Below are positions 36,661 through 50,200 of a stretch of DNA of 64,000 nucleotides, piece by piece. The first letter of the stretch is position 1, and every line of letters begins with the position of its first letter. Origin of the DNA: Octopus sinensis (Eukaryota); the NCBI RefSeq assembly GCF_006345805.1, contig NC_043002.1:7130001-7194000 (forward strand), given 5' to 3'. Made by a program: the position numbers and the translations under genes. The notes below the pieces were generated by a model that worked only from the letters and a program-made list of their open reading frames with translations, ran no database searches and had not been told where the DNA came from.

Positions 36661-37685
36661 TGTAATTATTCTATTCATCCAATTGGTCACTCAAAGAGCT
36701 ATAAATAGAACTATACTTCATGATCTGTAAATATGGGAGATCACATTAGATAATGTATTCCAAGTTATCCCTAAGTATATTGAAAGTGACGGGTGCCATT
36801 CATTTAGTCAACGGTTTTCCTGTTGAGTGTTAATCCGGTGCTAAGCAAAGCTAAAAAAAAACCCCAAAATTGTCTTCGTTAACATAAAAATGGAAATGCA
36901 AAAAGGATAGAAAATTTAAAAAATAAGGATGCGTGTATGCTAACGTGTGTGTGTGCATGTGTGTACGTATATGGATATTTATATGCGTGTGTGCGATTTG
37001 AGTATCTGTCTCTGTGCGTGTGTGTATATATATATATATATGCGTCTTTATAGATATTTCAACAAGGACACGTACATACGTATGAGATTAGAAACCATGT
37101 GAGACAAGGTCTCTTATTTTCATTCCCAGCTGTTTTCCTCATTTATGTCAATGATATTAAAGCTAAAAAAAAGTAATAAAAACTAAAGAAAAGTAATAAA
37201 AGTTAAAAAAAAAAAAGAATAGTAACGAAATTGTGGTGAGATGAATATTCTCTGTTGGAATCCCACGAAAGGAGCAAGTTGAATCGATTTAATGCAAGTT
37301 TGTACAGCTTAATTTTTGTAATAGTAGAATTTTAATGGCTTTCAATCTCTTCTTTGGTTCCATGTTGTTTTATACCTTAACGGCAGGAAAAGCAATAAAG
37401 TGGGAAAAAATAGGCCTTCCTCTGGATGAAGGAAATACTCACAATTGAAAATCTATTAGAAGGTGACAAAAACCTCATGTAATCATTCTAGATTCGTACT
37501 GATTGGAAGGGAAAAATAATCGTGAAATGGAGCAGGCATACTTTAAAAGGAAAATTACTTCACGATGAAAATTGAAGAAAAAATTCCTTTGTATACACAC
37601 ATACTCACAAACACCTATACCAAAAAAAAAAAAACAGACTGACTTGGGACAGATATAGAATCTTCTTGTTATTTATTGCATACAT

Positions 37686-38074
37686 GTGGAGGTGCAATGG
37701 CCCAGTGGTTAGGGCAGCGGACTCGCGGTCGTAGGATCGCGGTTTCGATTCCCAGACCGGGCGTTGTGAGTGTTTATCGAGCGAAAACACCTAAAGCTCC
37801 ACGACGCTCCGGCAGGGATGGTGGTGATCCCTGCTGTACTCTTTCACCACAACTTTCTCTCCCTCTTACTTCATGTTTCTGTTGTACCTGTATTTCAAAG
37901 GGCCGGCCTTGTCACTCTCTTGTGTCACGCTGAATATCCCCGAGAACTACGTTAAGAGTACACGTGTCTGTGAAGTGCTCAGCCACTTACACGTTAATTT
38001 CACGAGCAAGCTGTTCCGTTGATCAGATCAACCGGAACCCTCGTCGTCGTAACCGACGGAGTGCTTCCATTCCA
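37686..38074 (+). mobile_element. SINE family C (tail variant 2) with TSD
   Basis: ggaggtgcaatggcccagtggttagggcagcggac head; 12-bp TSD tattgcatacat; (TTCCA)n end. Confidence 0.9.
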
Positions 38075-39439
38075 TATTGCATACATAAACATTAACACAA
38101 GGAATATTAATAGAACAATCCTATCAAAACTTCAGCCGAGTGCAAATATAACATGTTGGACATAGTTGTTTGCAAAATATAAGAAAAAAACATGAACCGT
38201 CATAGAAGTCAGCTGTCCTGCTTGAGAGAGGGGGGGGGATAGAGAGACAGACAAACAGATAGACAGAGACAGAGAGACAGACAGACAGAGGATATTTACG
38301 AACAACTGCTTCGAGGTGTCCAACATCTATACCCAGGTTATAAATTCACCAATACTATCCAGTACACGTGATTTTGTTAGTGACAATTTGGAAAGGATGA
38401 GATTTTCAGAAAAAGGAACGTGTATGAAACCATAGCGACTGAAGAAGGGGTTTTTCTTTGTTTTAATTGTCCTGTACTCTATTTTTTGTTGTTTAAAAAA
38501 ATGTCCAGTTCCTTGGGTTTGTGTCTGTTTTCGTTTCTCATTGTGTTCGACGTCTTTTTGGTGTCCTGTACTCATATATGCGTGTATATGTACATGTAGA
38601 GGTAGGTACGTACATATATGTATATATATATGCATATGTTTTATTTATTAATATATATATATATACACACACATTTGTGTGTATGTATATAAATATATAT
38701 TTATACATAGGCTGTTCGTTCTCTTTGGGTCTGACCGTGGTCCGTGCAACATCGATATTCTTCCCTGTGTTTGTGAAATTTTTGTATCTCTGCCGTAAGA
38801 CTTCATTTCCACACGCGCCAGCTGAATTCAATTTGTCCTTAGTCGAAAGACACCTGATGTTATGTTCTGTTATTATTATTTTTATGGTATTTATATTGTA
38901 TTTATATTTGTGTAACATTGTCTGCTTTTCCGTCCTTGTTTTTGTATACATTCGATGCTCTCTTCCAAGGAATCTAATGATCTTAGCTTAGTTTTTCCCT
39001 GGGGCTGGCCAGATTGGAGCAATCTCAAGATTAATCAGCCGAAATTGCGTGGATGACCTGGTTCTTGACTGAGGATAGAAAGCTTCGAATGATCCGTCCT
39101 TGTTTTTTTTAGTATCGTCTATCTGGATGTTTTGTTGTCCCTATTTGTATCACCTAGTTGTCCAGATGTTTTGCGTTCTTGCCCCATTTTGTATTATATA
39201 TATATATAAATAGCGGCGTACTTACACTTTGTTCCCTTATATGTAAGTATACATACATATATATAAATATATATATATATACATACACACACACACACAC
39301 ACACACAGAGAGAGAGAAAGCGTATATGTGTTTGCATTGAAGAATGCTAAAGCAAGCGTGGTATAGATAGTAAAACTGAGGTGCAGATTAAGAGTAACGT
39401 ATTAGTTAAGACACATATATAGAACGTATCTTCCAGAAG

Positions 39440-40195
39440 TGTTCAGACTTTTAAAGGGAGGCATTTGCTTATTTCAGAGAAGTACAAAGCTCTAATCTCC
39501 TTTAAAATAGGGATCCACTGACTTTAATACGCTTGTTTGTAGCGCTCCAGGCACTTCGTGAAGGTCCCATTAAAGTTCTCGAAAGCGAAGGAATCTAGGA
39601 TTCGTGTCAGAACTTCCTTCAGCTTGGGAATAACCAAAAGTCACAGGGACCAAACCCTGGACTGTGGGGAGGATGAGGGTGAGATATGATGCCCATCTTT
39701 GTCAAATAGTTGGTTACCAGGATGGAATTGTGGACCGGTGCATTGTCCTGATGCATGTGCTCTGGCCTTTTGCAACTAAATATCTTCCTGAACCCCCTCG
39801 AAACTTCCACAAAGTACAGATTGTTGACCGATGGAACCTAGTGGATGTAGATGATACCTAGGCTGTTGAAAAAGAGGATCAACATGATATTTCCGGCGGA
39901 CTTGCTTTGCCTGGCTTTTTGTGCCAGCGAAAAACAGGCACTCGCTTCATAAGAGTTTATTCATAAGCAGTCTGAAACATTTCATAAGTTTCTGTAGCGT
40001 TTTGCCCAGATTAACAGAAAACTTTATTGCATAATAAGCTTGTACATTGTCTTCGGGTCCCAACTGCATTCTGCAAACTAGTCAGCTGTGACAAGTAGTG
40101 TTTAGTAGGAAGTGTTGAAAGTTATGTTACACTCATCTCATTGAATCTGGAATAAATGAAATAATAAATATCGGCCGTCGATTTATTAGGGGTAT
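39440..40195 (-). mobile_element. Internally deleted mariner element
   Basis: Minus strand: YAIKF...GK.ATETYEMFQTAY...VFRWHK, joined to KSAGNIMLILFFNSLGII...HQDNAPVHNSILVTNYLTKMG...HPPHSPGFGPCDFWLFP. Confidence 0.88.
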
Positions 40196-40469
40196 AGCAA
40201 TGGCGTACTAAAATTAGAATAATCTAACTGCTTCCCCAAAACGAAATCTCAAAACTCTGAGAATGCTTCTTGTATATCTATATCAAATTTCTTTCGGAAA
40301 ACCTTTGAGAACATAGGGGTATTTACAGATATATAATTACCTTCTAGATATTTAGCTACACTTGCATAAGCCTTTAATGTTATGAAAATGTAACTAATAA
40401 GTGATAACATAAATGAAAAATAGATAAGAAAATAATTATACATATATGCTCATGCATATCAGCGTATAT

Positions 40470-40623
40470 CTTTTTTTCTCCTTCTTTTTTTCTGTGTCCC
40501 TTTCTGTAGAAGAGCGTAGGTTCGAACCGTAAAAGACTTTTTCTATTCCTGAGCGTTATACTAATACATCTGTTTGTTTTGTACACCACCTGTCTTTGTC
40601 TTTTGTTTTTTTTCGTAAACTCT

Positions 40624-40628
<5 letters not shown>
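40470..40628 (+). mobile_element. Short (TA)n-abutting repeat with a variant hammerhead-like motif (sister of 9092-9218)
   Basis: gtccctttCTGTAGAAGAGCgtagGTTCGAACCGTAaaagac at 40496-40537. Confidence 0.65.
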
Positions 40629-40668
<40 letters not shown>

Positions 40669-40738
40669 ATATACATACATACATACATACATACATACAT
40701 ACATACATACATACATACATACATACATACATACATAG
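40628..40738. repeat. (TA)n(TACA)n microsatellite
   Basis: Directly visible. Confidence 0.96.
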
Positions 40739-40929
40739 ACATACACATGTAAGTGTGTGTGTGTGGATCATTTGCTATGTATTTTATTGAGTAGACGGCA
40801 AGGCCTGTTTTGCCGCGTACCACAAAACCTCAACGACATGTTTTTGATCGGTAAAAGCGTTCTGAATGATTTCTTGTAGAGATTTAACAGTAAAGTTGAA
40901 ATAGGTGAAACACACTAAACAGCGAGGCG

Positions 40930-42377
40930 TAGAAGTTACTTGTCATTTTAAAACTTAAGTAACATTTTTGATAAGAAATAAAGTACCGAAACCTTGTTCT
41001 TTAAGTATATTTACTTTGGGCTTTAGAACTGATCGTCGAATTTAACATCTTGCCTTCCATTTCAACTTCGCAAATTTGAACTCTTTCTATGTAGTGTTTT
41101 ATGACAGCTCGTAAGGTATCAGACTCCAGTGATCAATTTTTTTTTCACGTATCGTGAAGTAATTTTCATTAGCTTTTGGAATGTGCTTATACCATACATG
41201 ATTTAATGAACAAACTAACAGCATTATTTCCGCACTTACTAAATGATAATCTCATAACTTTGCAATCATTTAACCACTTCTAGAAGGAAAGATGCTCCTA
41301 CTCCAGTGGTGTAATCTGATCTCTATTTTCTGTTGTATACTTATTTCTTTACTACCCACAAGGGGCTAAACACAGAGAGGACACACAAGGACAGACAAAC
41401 CGGTTAAGTCGATTATATCGACCCCAGTGCGTAACTGGTACTTAATTTATCGACCCCGAAAGGATGAAAGGCAAAGTCGACCTCGGCGGAATTTGAACTC
41501 AGAACGTAACGGCAGACGAAATACGGCTAAGCCTATCGCCCAGCGTGCTAACGTTTCTGCCAGCTCGCCGCCTTCTGTTGTATACCGACGTGTAAATGAC
41601 TCTTTTTCAGAATTCATTGTTGTTTGTCACAAAGTTAGAATAGATACATGCTTGGGCGTAATGTGTCTCTACACACTAAGCCAAAATTTGCATTGGACGG
41701 GGTCCGGTGGGGTTGGTTAGATAAGCCAAGATGCTTTCATGCTTTCTGCCATTTCAATCAGCATTTGAAAGCTGTGAAAGAAGCGAAGGCTTCCAGAGTA
41801 ATTTCAGAGTTATCTCTCCTGAGTATATAGCAAGAAGGCGAGGTTTATCCTGAAATATCTTTATCAAACAAGACTTACATAATCATTTCTTTATATATAT
41901 ATATATATATATATACATATACGCGCACACGCACGCACACACACATACACACTGAGTAGTAGGCATGTGAAAATAGAGTTGTGTGTAAATTAGCATTTAG
42001 CTCGATTCAAATAATTGCAAGGATGTTAAAGCCCAAAGTAAATATACTTAAAGAACAAGGTTTCGGTACATTATTTCTTATCAAAAATGTTACTTAAGTT
42101 TTAAAATGACAAGTAACTTCTAACGCTGATGATAGCGAAAAAGTTAGAAATGCATTCACTTCCTCCAGAATGCTCCATGAAATGACAGTTTGGGTTCTTA
42201 ATACCTATTGCCTATAGCCAGAATTCTTCCCAACGGCAAACAGCAGTGAGTACAACCTTTGGGCAGATCAACTATGTTCCTTAATTATTTGAATCGAGCT
42301 AAATGCTAATTTACACACAACACTGTTTTCACATGCCGACTAGTCAGTGTGTATGTGTGTGTGCGTGCGTGTGCGCG

Positions 42378-42416
<39 letters not shown>

Positions 42417-42480
42417 AATGATTATGTAAGTCTTGTTTGATAAAGATATTTCAGGATAAACCTTGCCTTCTTGCTATATA
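40930..42480. repeat. Complex recent inverted duplication (A 40930-41025 / A' 42027-42125; B 41824-42020 / B' 42283-42480)
   Basis: Near-identical reverse-complement arms, including a mirrored microsatellite. Confidence 0.85.
41342..41572 (-). mobile_element. SINE family A, full length, with TSD
   Basis: 13-bp TSD ttctgttgtatac. Confidence 0.93.
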
Positions 42481-44639
42481 GTTTTTTTTTTTTTTACCTT
42501 CTTATTGAATTCAAGGGCAGCACATTATGCCGACAAAACAGTTGCCCAAATCACAGCGGAATTCTTCTCGCCTCGTCCGTTAACACACCACTCCTGTAAA
42601 GAAGAAATGTCACTGCCAATAAGTTGGTCTTCTTTCCTCCGTTGATATTCACGTAGCTCTTATTGCTAAATTTATCGTTTCATTGCGTTCTGATTTGTTG
42701 GTAGATATTTTATACACCCACGAGAAATTAAAATCCAAAGCCAACATTGGCAGTTAGTAGGAAACGAGATGGCAGAAAACTAAATTGAATATAAAAAATA
42801 AAAAGACACGACAACAGTGAGAAAAGATGCAGCAGTCATAACAACTAAAATGAAAACAATAAAACTGCCATCATTACCGCACAACCAACAACAACAGCAA
42901 CAACAATAAGAAGGGCCCTAAGAACAATAGCATTAACATCAAAGATCTTTTATACATAGACATGCGGCAGCAACACCAACACCTTTCACACTCACCGCTT
43001 CTCTGAGATTGAAAAAAAAAAATAATAATAAATTAAAATATAAAGCATGTGCATAAATTTCCTTGTCTACTTCTGCTCAGATCAAATAATTTTTATATAG
43101 GAACGCCTGTCGGTCGCAATATCGGTGTTGAAGAAATTCGATTTATTTGGAGCCACAGGTAATAAAATGAAGCCTGTTTTACCATTTGATAATGTCCCCG
43201 ATTGAAGATAACGAAAAGAAAAAATAAATTCCCCAGCAGGATTTAATATCTAAAGTCTAATGCCAAGTTTTAATGAAAGCCAATGTACTGCACCATTTGA
43301 GATATTCTGCTCGACCGTCTTGCCGTTGTTTTATTTCGTTCTTTTGTTATTTTATTGTTTTAGATGTTGGTTCCATCGGGGGAGATAGTCGAAATTGTAG
43401 AATATCGGTCTAAACGATTTCCAGTATATTATGGTCGTTGACTCTTTGATTTTTGTATTTTTTCCTTCTTCCTATGTTCTGTCTTCGACACCAGTCACTA
43501 TGATCATTGATTTTTATCTTTACATTGTTTATATAAATACCAGTAATATTGGTGTCTCGATCTTTCTATCGGTTGTACTTCTTTCTTTCGAATGGTTTCT
43601 GCTTGAATTAAAAGCAGTTATTATTGTTACTGTTGCTATTCGGCTCTTTACTTTCGGAGTTCAAGTCCCACCGACACCATCATTTCGGGGTCGATGAAAA
43701 TAAAGTATCGGTTAAGTACTTAGGGTTGGTCTAATCGTTTAATCTGTCCCCCACCTTAACATTACTGGCCTTGTGCTAAAATTTGAAACCAATTTTATTA
43801 TAACTGTTGGGGTTTATGTCTGACAAAGTAGATGTGTTTTCGCAGGTTTCTCATCAAAACAAGGATTTACTAAATGAAAACTGGTTTTTACCAAAACCAC
43901 TCGAATACATATAACTTAATGCAGTTTGAAGTTTCACCTTACTCTGACTGACAAGCACAACAATAAAGAGGGTGTATTTTTAAAACAAGAATTTTGGGTG
44001 GAAACGCCACAACACACCTCCAAAAGAGAAACCGAAAAAGCACAAAATACATTGCACAGAAAATACTAAAAAGAGAAAATTATGCTAATCTAGTTGCAAC
44101 GTAAATATTTATAGCATGCACGAACAGGGAAAAAGTACAGTCATTTTAACTCAACGAAGAAGAAATCAACATCTCCATGAATTCATATATCCCTTCGGAT
44201 CTAATCAGAAGCAACGATAAACTGATTTTTGCTAACGTTTGCAGCAGAAAAACTCTTCGTAATAAACATTTCTCCCAAAAGATCAAAAGTTTGGAAGCAT
44301 TTTGTGCACCGACCTGAGGTCAGCCTGCCACAAGTGATTAGACAGGCCCGTGAGAGAAGAAAACCTGTTGTGTCTATCACAAGGCACAACGCGATTTTCT
44401 GATCCCATCCAAACATTTGGAGACAATTCTGGCAGATAGTTTTAGTGTGATTAGGAACGGAGAGCATACGGTGCTGTATGTGTCATTGTCAAAAGATAAG
44501 CCAAAAGAGTAAGCTGGTTCAACAATATTTAAGGAGGAAAACACAAAGGCCACAGTCAAGGACATTGGTGATGATCAGTGCACATGTAACATTTAACCAT
44601 AGGTGGTTAAGTGGGATTACAATGAACATACAAATACTC

Positions 44640-44775
44640 ATGACTTTCCAAGACCACATAACAATCAAAACTATGTACTCAGCTTTTGAGGTAAACCAGC
44701 CAGAAGTTGCATGTGGAGAACTTGTTTCATATGCGGAAGTAAACCACATATAAACGTTTTCTGCACAGAATTTTT
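44640..44775 (+). pseudogene. Gag/ORF1-type CCHC zinc-knuckle remnant
   Basis: RTCFICGSKPHINVFCTEF fits C-x2-C-x4-H-x4-C. An in-frame stop lies shortly upstream. Confidence 0.45.
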
Positions 44776-44954
44776 AAAAAATTAGCAACAGCAAATCATT
44801 TTGTTATTTGTCCACTCCAGGTGCAGTCCTTGGGAGAAATAAGGCATATCTAGCGAGCCAACAAATAAAACTCTTCTCTGCTCATTACCAGAAGCGAGCT
44901 ATGAGATGCAACCAACACCACACCCCGGCGAAGTTGAGAAAAACCAACTCCAGT

Positions 44955-45266
44955 GACGTTGTGTGTGTTTATTGAACGAAAACACCTAAAGGTCCACGAG
45001 GCTCCAGCAGAGGTGGCGACCCCTGTTGAACTCTTTCGCCCCAACTTTCTCTCACACTTTCTTCCTGTTTCTTATCCCCGACTTCCCACGCAACCGCTGA
45101 GCCTGGATGTGCATTCATCCATCCGTCGATGCTCTCGGTGTCAGGGGTTGACCTGCCTTCTCTTCTGCGGGTCTTACGAATAGCAAAGGACCACGTTTCG
45201 GACTTCTCTCATCTTGCGAGCTCTGGGACGAAGACCGTTCGCTCAACAACAGCAGCAGCAGCAGTT
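44955..45266 (+). mobile_element. SINE family C, 5'-truncated (tail variant 3)
   Basis: gtgtttattgaacgaaaacacctaaag.tccacgaggctcc body shared with 37686 and 46947; different 3' half ending in (CAG)n. Confidence 0.75.
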
Positions 45267-45374
45267 CATCTACTTATATGACTGATAACCTAACTGTGAT
45301 AGTATGATTAAATCATCCCATAATCATTGCTGGCCTTGTGCCCAAATCAGTTATCGTTATTATTATGTTATTAT

Positions 45375-45591
45375 TGTATACTGACGACTTTATGTGACAG
45401 TCCCGTAAAGGGAATCACACCACCGCTATTTAGTCCTAGGCCTGCTGTTGAGGGTGCTTGTCTCTCCTCCGTAAATATAAGGACACAGGAAATGTGTCAA
45501 AGCCGACAGGAAACGTTGATGCTTCCTAGGGCTAAATAGCGGTGGTGTGATTCCTCTTTACAGGACTGTCACGTTAAGTTGACAGTATACA
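45375..45591. mobile_element. MITE-like element with ~65-bp inverted termini
   Basis: tgtatactg...gaatcacaccaccgctatttagtcctagg versus cctagggctaaatagcggtggtgtgattc...cagtataca. Confidence 0.75.
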
Positions 45592-46506
45592 ACTGCTCTA
45601 TTATTCCACCACCGCTCATATCTCTCTGAAATATTTAGAAATTTAATATTTCTAATAATTATATTATTATTATACGATTTTGATACTATAGCACGGACGA
45701 GTGTTAATAAAATATGTCCTGGGGTGAGTTTCCTGTTATAGCTTAGCTTTATTATTTCTTCGAAGATGGATAAGTAAGGTCCTTAATAGTGTATATTTTT
45801 TAGAAATTTTTTATAATTTTTTTTCTTTCGTTTTCGTAACAATTGACATCGTAATGAACGCGATGTCCCACGGCTTCCAGAAAAACCTGAAAATTTCATG
45901 ACCTCTTAATTTTTCCAAATACTTTACGGTGTCTGTATATGCTAAGGATGCTAAATTAAGGCTACTACTAAATAAGTATGAGCGGAATACTATCAATTTA
46001 GAGCCAATGCAAAGATCAAAGGAAAAGGAAAATCGTTAAATGATTGGTTACTCAGCAATTTCTATCGTGAAGTTAAATACACCAGGGTTTAAATTAGATG
46101 ATTTACCATTTTCCATTTTATCGCTTTGTGTAGTTCTGTCGCCTCGGAGATTACGTTCCTGCACGACATGAAACAGTAGGAAGGATACAGCAATTGCTTC
46201 GCAAGCGGTAAACCCCAAATTATTACAAATTACTAAGTTAGGCACAATATATGTATATACCTTGATACATAAATAAATAAGCCTGTATATATATATATAT
46301 TATATATATATATATAATATATATATACACACATATATTTGTGTGTGTACGTGCACGTGCACACGCATATATATGTATATATTCTACCGACTGATCAAAG
46401 CTTGCTACCTTCTTACACCTGGATCCTTAGCTCTCACCTTTACATATAATTATGTATATGTATGTATGTGAATATATATATATATATATATACATACATA
46501 CATACA

Positions 46507-46910
46507 CTCTTTACATTTTTACTTATTTCAGTCATTTGAATGTGGCCATGCTGGTGCACCGCCTTTAGTTGATCGAGTAAATCGACGCCAGGACTTATTC
46601 TTTGTAAGCCTAGTACTTATTCTATCGGTTTGTTTTGCCGAACCGCTAAGTTACGGGGAGGTAAACACGCCAGCATCGGTTGTCAAGCGATGTTGGGGTG
46701 ACAAACACAGACACACAAAAAAAATATATATATTTATTTACATATATACGACGGGCTTTTTTCAGTTTCCGTCTACCAAATCCACTCACAAGGCTTTGGT
46801 CAGCCCAAGGCTATAGTAGAAGACACTTGCCCAAGTGCCACGCAGTGGGACTGAACCCGGAACTATGTGGTTGGTAAGCGAGCTACTTACCACACAGCCA
46901 CTCCAGCGCC
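46507..46910 (-). mobile_element. CORE-type SINE family B
   Basis: Reverse complement of the family B consensus. Confidence 0.9.
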
Positions 46911-46946
46911 TGTATTATATATATAATATATAATATATTATATATA

Positions 46947-47262
46947 GGGAGGCGCAATGGCCCGGTAGTTAGGGCAGCGGACTCGCGGTTGTAGGATCAC
47001 GGTTTCGATTCCCAGACCGGGCGTTTTGAGTGTTTATTGAACGAAAACGCCTAAAGCTCCACGAGGCTCCAGCAGGGGGTGGTGGCGATCCCTACTTTAC
47101 TCTTTCGCCACAACTTTCTCTCACTCTTTCTTCTGTTGGCCTGCTCGCTTAGCCAGCGGGGTGGCGTCATCTGAAGGCTAAAACAATGCGAAGCGCATTG
47201 TGACCAGCGATGTGTAGCAATATCTGATAGCCTGGTCGGTCACGGTGATCATGGTGATATAT
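46947..47262 (+). mobile_element. SINE family C (tail variant 4)
   Basis: Same tRNA head as 37686; different tail ending gtgatcatggtgatatata. Confidence 0.88.
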
Positions 47263-50200
47263 ATATATATACATGTGATATTTATCAGAGTTCCAGTTGA
47301 ATGTTCTTCATTAAATTTACTTCTATATGCCTTAGTAGCCCATGATGTTAATTTCGAACAATAACGGCACAATTTTATTCACGTCTGATGAAATTCTCGG
47401 ACTCTTGAAATATTAATTATGCAACGGAACTTAATTCATATAAGCTATGAGTGATTAAAACATAAGCTTCGATATCCAGGATTCCCTTTTTTGTCATGAA
47501 TGTCAATGTCATACCCATTTCTTACTGAACATACGGGACGATAGATGGCAAAAGTGATACAACATTATATTTATGTCTCTATTATAAGCTCAAATCCCGA
47601 GTTCGATCAAATAAATTAGCAACTGTTTGGTTAAGAAGTAAGCTAGGAAACTACATTGTTCTCGGTTGTGTCTCACTAAGTACTACATTGACAATTGTCT
47701 TCTACCACAGCCCGTTAGACTAATGTTTCCAGAGTGACATTTTGGTATGCATGCATGTATGCATGTACGCATATATGTACGTACCTATATGTGTGTGTGT
47801 CTGCGCGCACATCTTATAATTTATCAGTAAGAATACCGATAAAGCGCTATTTAAAACGAAGTGATTTACGTTGGGAAATTCATGATCAACCCGGTTGAAA
47901 CTTGTAACAAATAATGTTATTGTTCACCAAATGCGATGTAAAATTTTAAAAATATGTAATAGGAATTGATTTACCCGATCTAACTATCCACAAAAACATA
48001 TTTATGATATTCATGGCATTGTGCCTATGAATGTAACTATTTTAGTTTTGATAACAACCTAATTTGGCGAAAATCCTAAATTTTTAGATAGCTTCCCAGA
48101 TAGCAGAAAATGGAATTCGGTTTCTCTGTTGATTATAACCAGTTCCCTTGTATTGAAATGAAAGCGTCGAATTATGGAATAAAATGATGATGTAGTCTTG
48201 GGATTTGCAGTTGTTATTAATGATAAAATAAAATTATGAAACAGTTATTTTATTAAAGTTTCTACAAGGTAATTAAATATGAACGTCTCCGTTTGTAATG
48301 TTTTACAATTTTTTTCATGCGTTGCTTGTTACTGTGGCAATGTGTTCCGATCAGCTGAGAGTTTCTTATATGAAGCATGGTGGTAGCATTCGATAGTATA
48401 TGGAACTTTCGTTTGAAGGTCGGTGGTTTATATTCTTTCTTCTTCCCTGTATTCCATCAACCCCAAACATTCCTGTGGTATAAACAAATTCATTTAAATC
48501 GGTGCAGGTAGCATTAACAGTGACTCGGTTGGATTTCACAGCTTAGATTATTCAGATTCCATTCAGTGACATAAAATAGTTGAAATGAACGCAGTCCAGT
48601 GAATTTTCCCTGAAAGTGCTGGAGGTGCTTCATGTAAGCAACTACAATGACTCCCCTACGACACTAGCATTCGGTGGCAATCGCTAATAGATAGGTAAAA
48701 AGTAAAAGAAATAGAAAATAGTTTATACGTTATCTCTGGTTCAAGTTTTGAAAATGCATACAGAGGCAAGAGAAATTTACGACTTTATTCTTCATAACAA
48801 TTTCAACAGATGATGCACCCTGTCCAGATCCAACCTTGGCTGCCTCGATGTCAGTGGTAAGGATTGTGTCAAAGCGTCGGACAAAATCCTTTACTCAACT
48901 TAATTGCTGACTTTTGCTTTCTGAATTCAAACGTTACCCAAATTTGACTTTAGTTGTGTATTTTCATCGCCTTTATAGAAAAACAAAAGTTATTTGGTGG
49001 GGAGGAATTAGCAATTGTTCGAAAGCAGGACTAAATATCTGATCCTGCGCTCTGTGTTCAAATCCCGCCAATACCAAATTTACCTTTCGCATTTTCATGT
49101 TTGATAAAATAGAGTAGCAATCTAGGGCATTTAATTAGAGGAATTTTTAGAACGTCTTATAAGGGTTTTTGTGGTATACGTCTTGCAAACAACTTGCACA
49201 TGCAAGTGCTACCAGTTAAAAGCTCCGTATATCGGAAGCTAGCAAGTTCTTTAACTTCTGAGTTCATGGCTGGTTCAACATGAACTGGTCTTTAGGCCTG
49301 ATTTCTGGTTTGAAAATTACTACTCTCTCACTACTCTTGAGGTCGTGGGGCTGAAAAAATAACAGGTTATGGGAACTGTCTTTTTTACTTGACCAAGTGC
49401 TATAAAGAAATTCACCAGGCTGCTGTGTTGATAAAGCGACTGCACGTAGTGTCCGACCAGTAACGTGTAGCTGGTGGACGATATAAACTAAATATGGCGA
49501 TCTACGACGGCATATCGTATTAGAGCATTGCATCCGTAAGTATGCACGATATAGCGTCAGTTGTAGGCAAATTCAGGGGAATAATTGACAATTATACAGT
49601 TGAATATATTTTTTATCGCGTTCATTATACTACTGAAAGTGTTACAGAGAGGTTGATCTGCTAGCGATCCGGATGAATATATGAGACCTTGAGTACAAGT
49701 TACTTAAATGTTTTGTGGCTGCATAATCATGAATCGCAGGGAAACCTCAATTCGGAACACTATGTTCGCGAAGCAACTATTCTTTAGCGTTCCATCACGG
49801 GGAAGATGTTTACATCCAGATAAAGCTGAAACCTCTTTATCTCGTTCAATTTGTAGAAGTTGCACATAAATCTCTCTTAAATCACACCCTACTATCTTAC
49901 CAAAGACATATTGGATGATGTAGTCCTAAATGTACTGTGTCTGAAAAGTAAAAGGGGTCGATTTAGTTACGGAATGTCAATTTTTTTGATCAAAGACAAC
50001 ATGGGGTTATATAGAAAAACAACAATCCAAACGAGAAAAACTTAGTAATCCGTGACCTACTGAATTTCAAGCAGTGAGTTTACAAAATATCGATTCAAGC
50101 AGCTTCGGTACTGGTTGTATTAGTCATCGTCGCTATCGATTTGTTCGAAAACATTCCAGCTATGACCTACTCTTAGGACAAGTAAAACCCTAGACTACAT

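Noticed and set aside
38327-39135. Repeat-like blocks with CTGAAGA, CTGAGGA and GAAAgacacCTGATG words, perhaps PLE-related
   Set aside because: No complete hammerhead fold or protein motif could be built; left unclassified.
47380-47420. CTGATGA...GAAA motifs here, at 36212 and at 60462
   Set aside because: Helix II and/or helix I cannot form; compatible with chance in AT-rich DNA.
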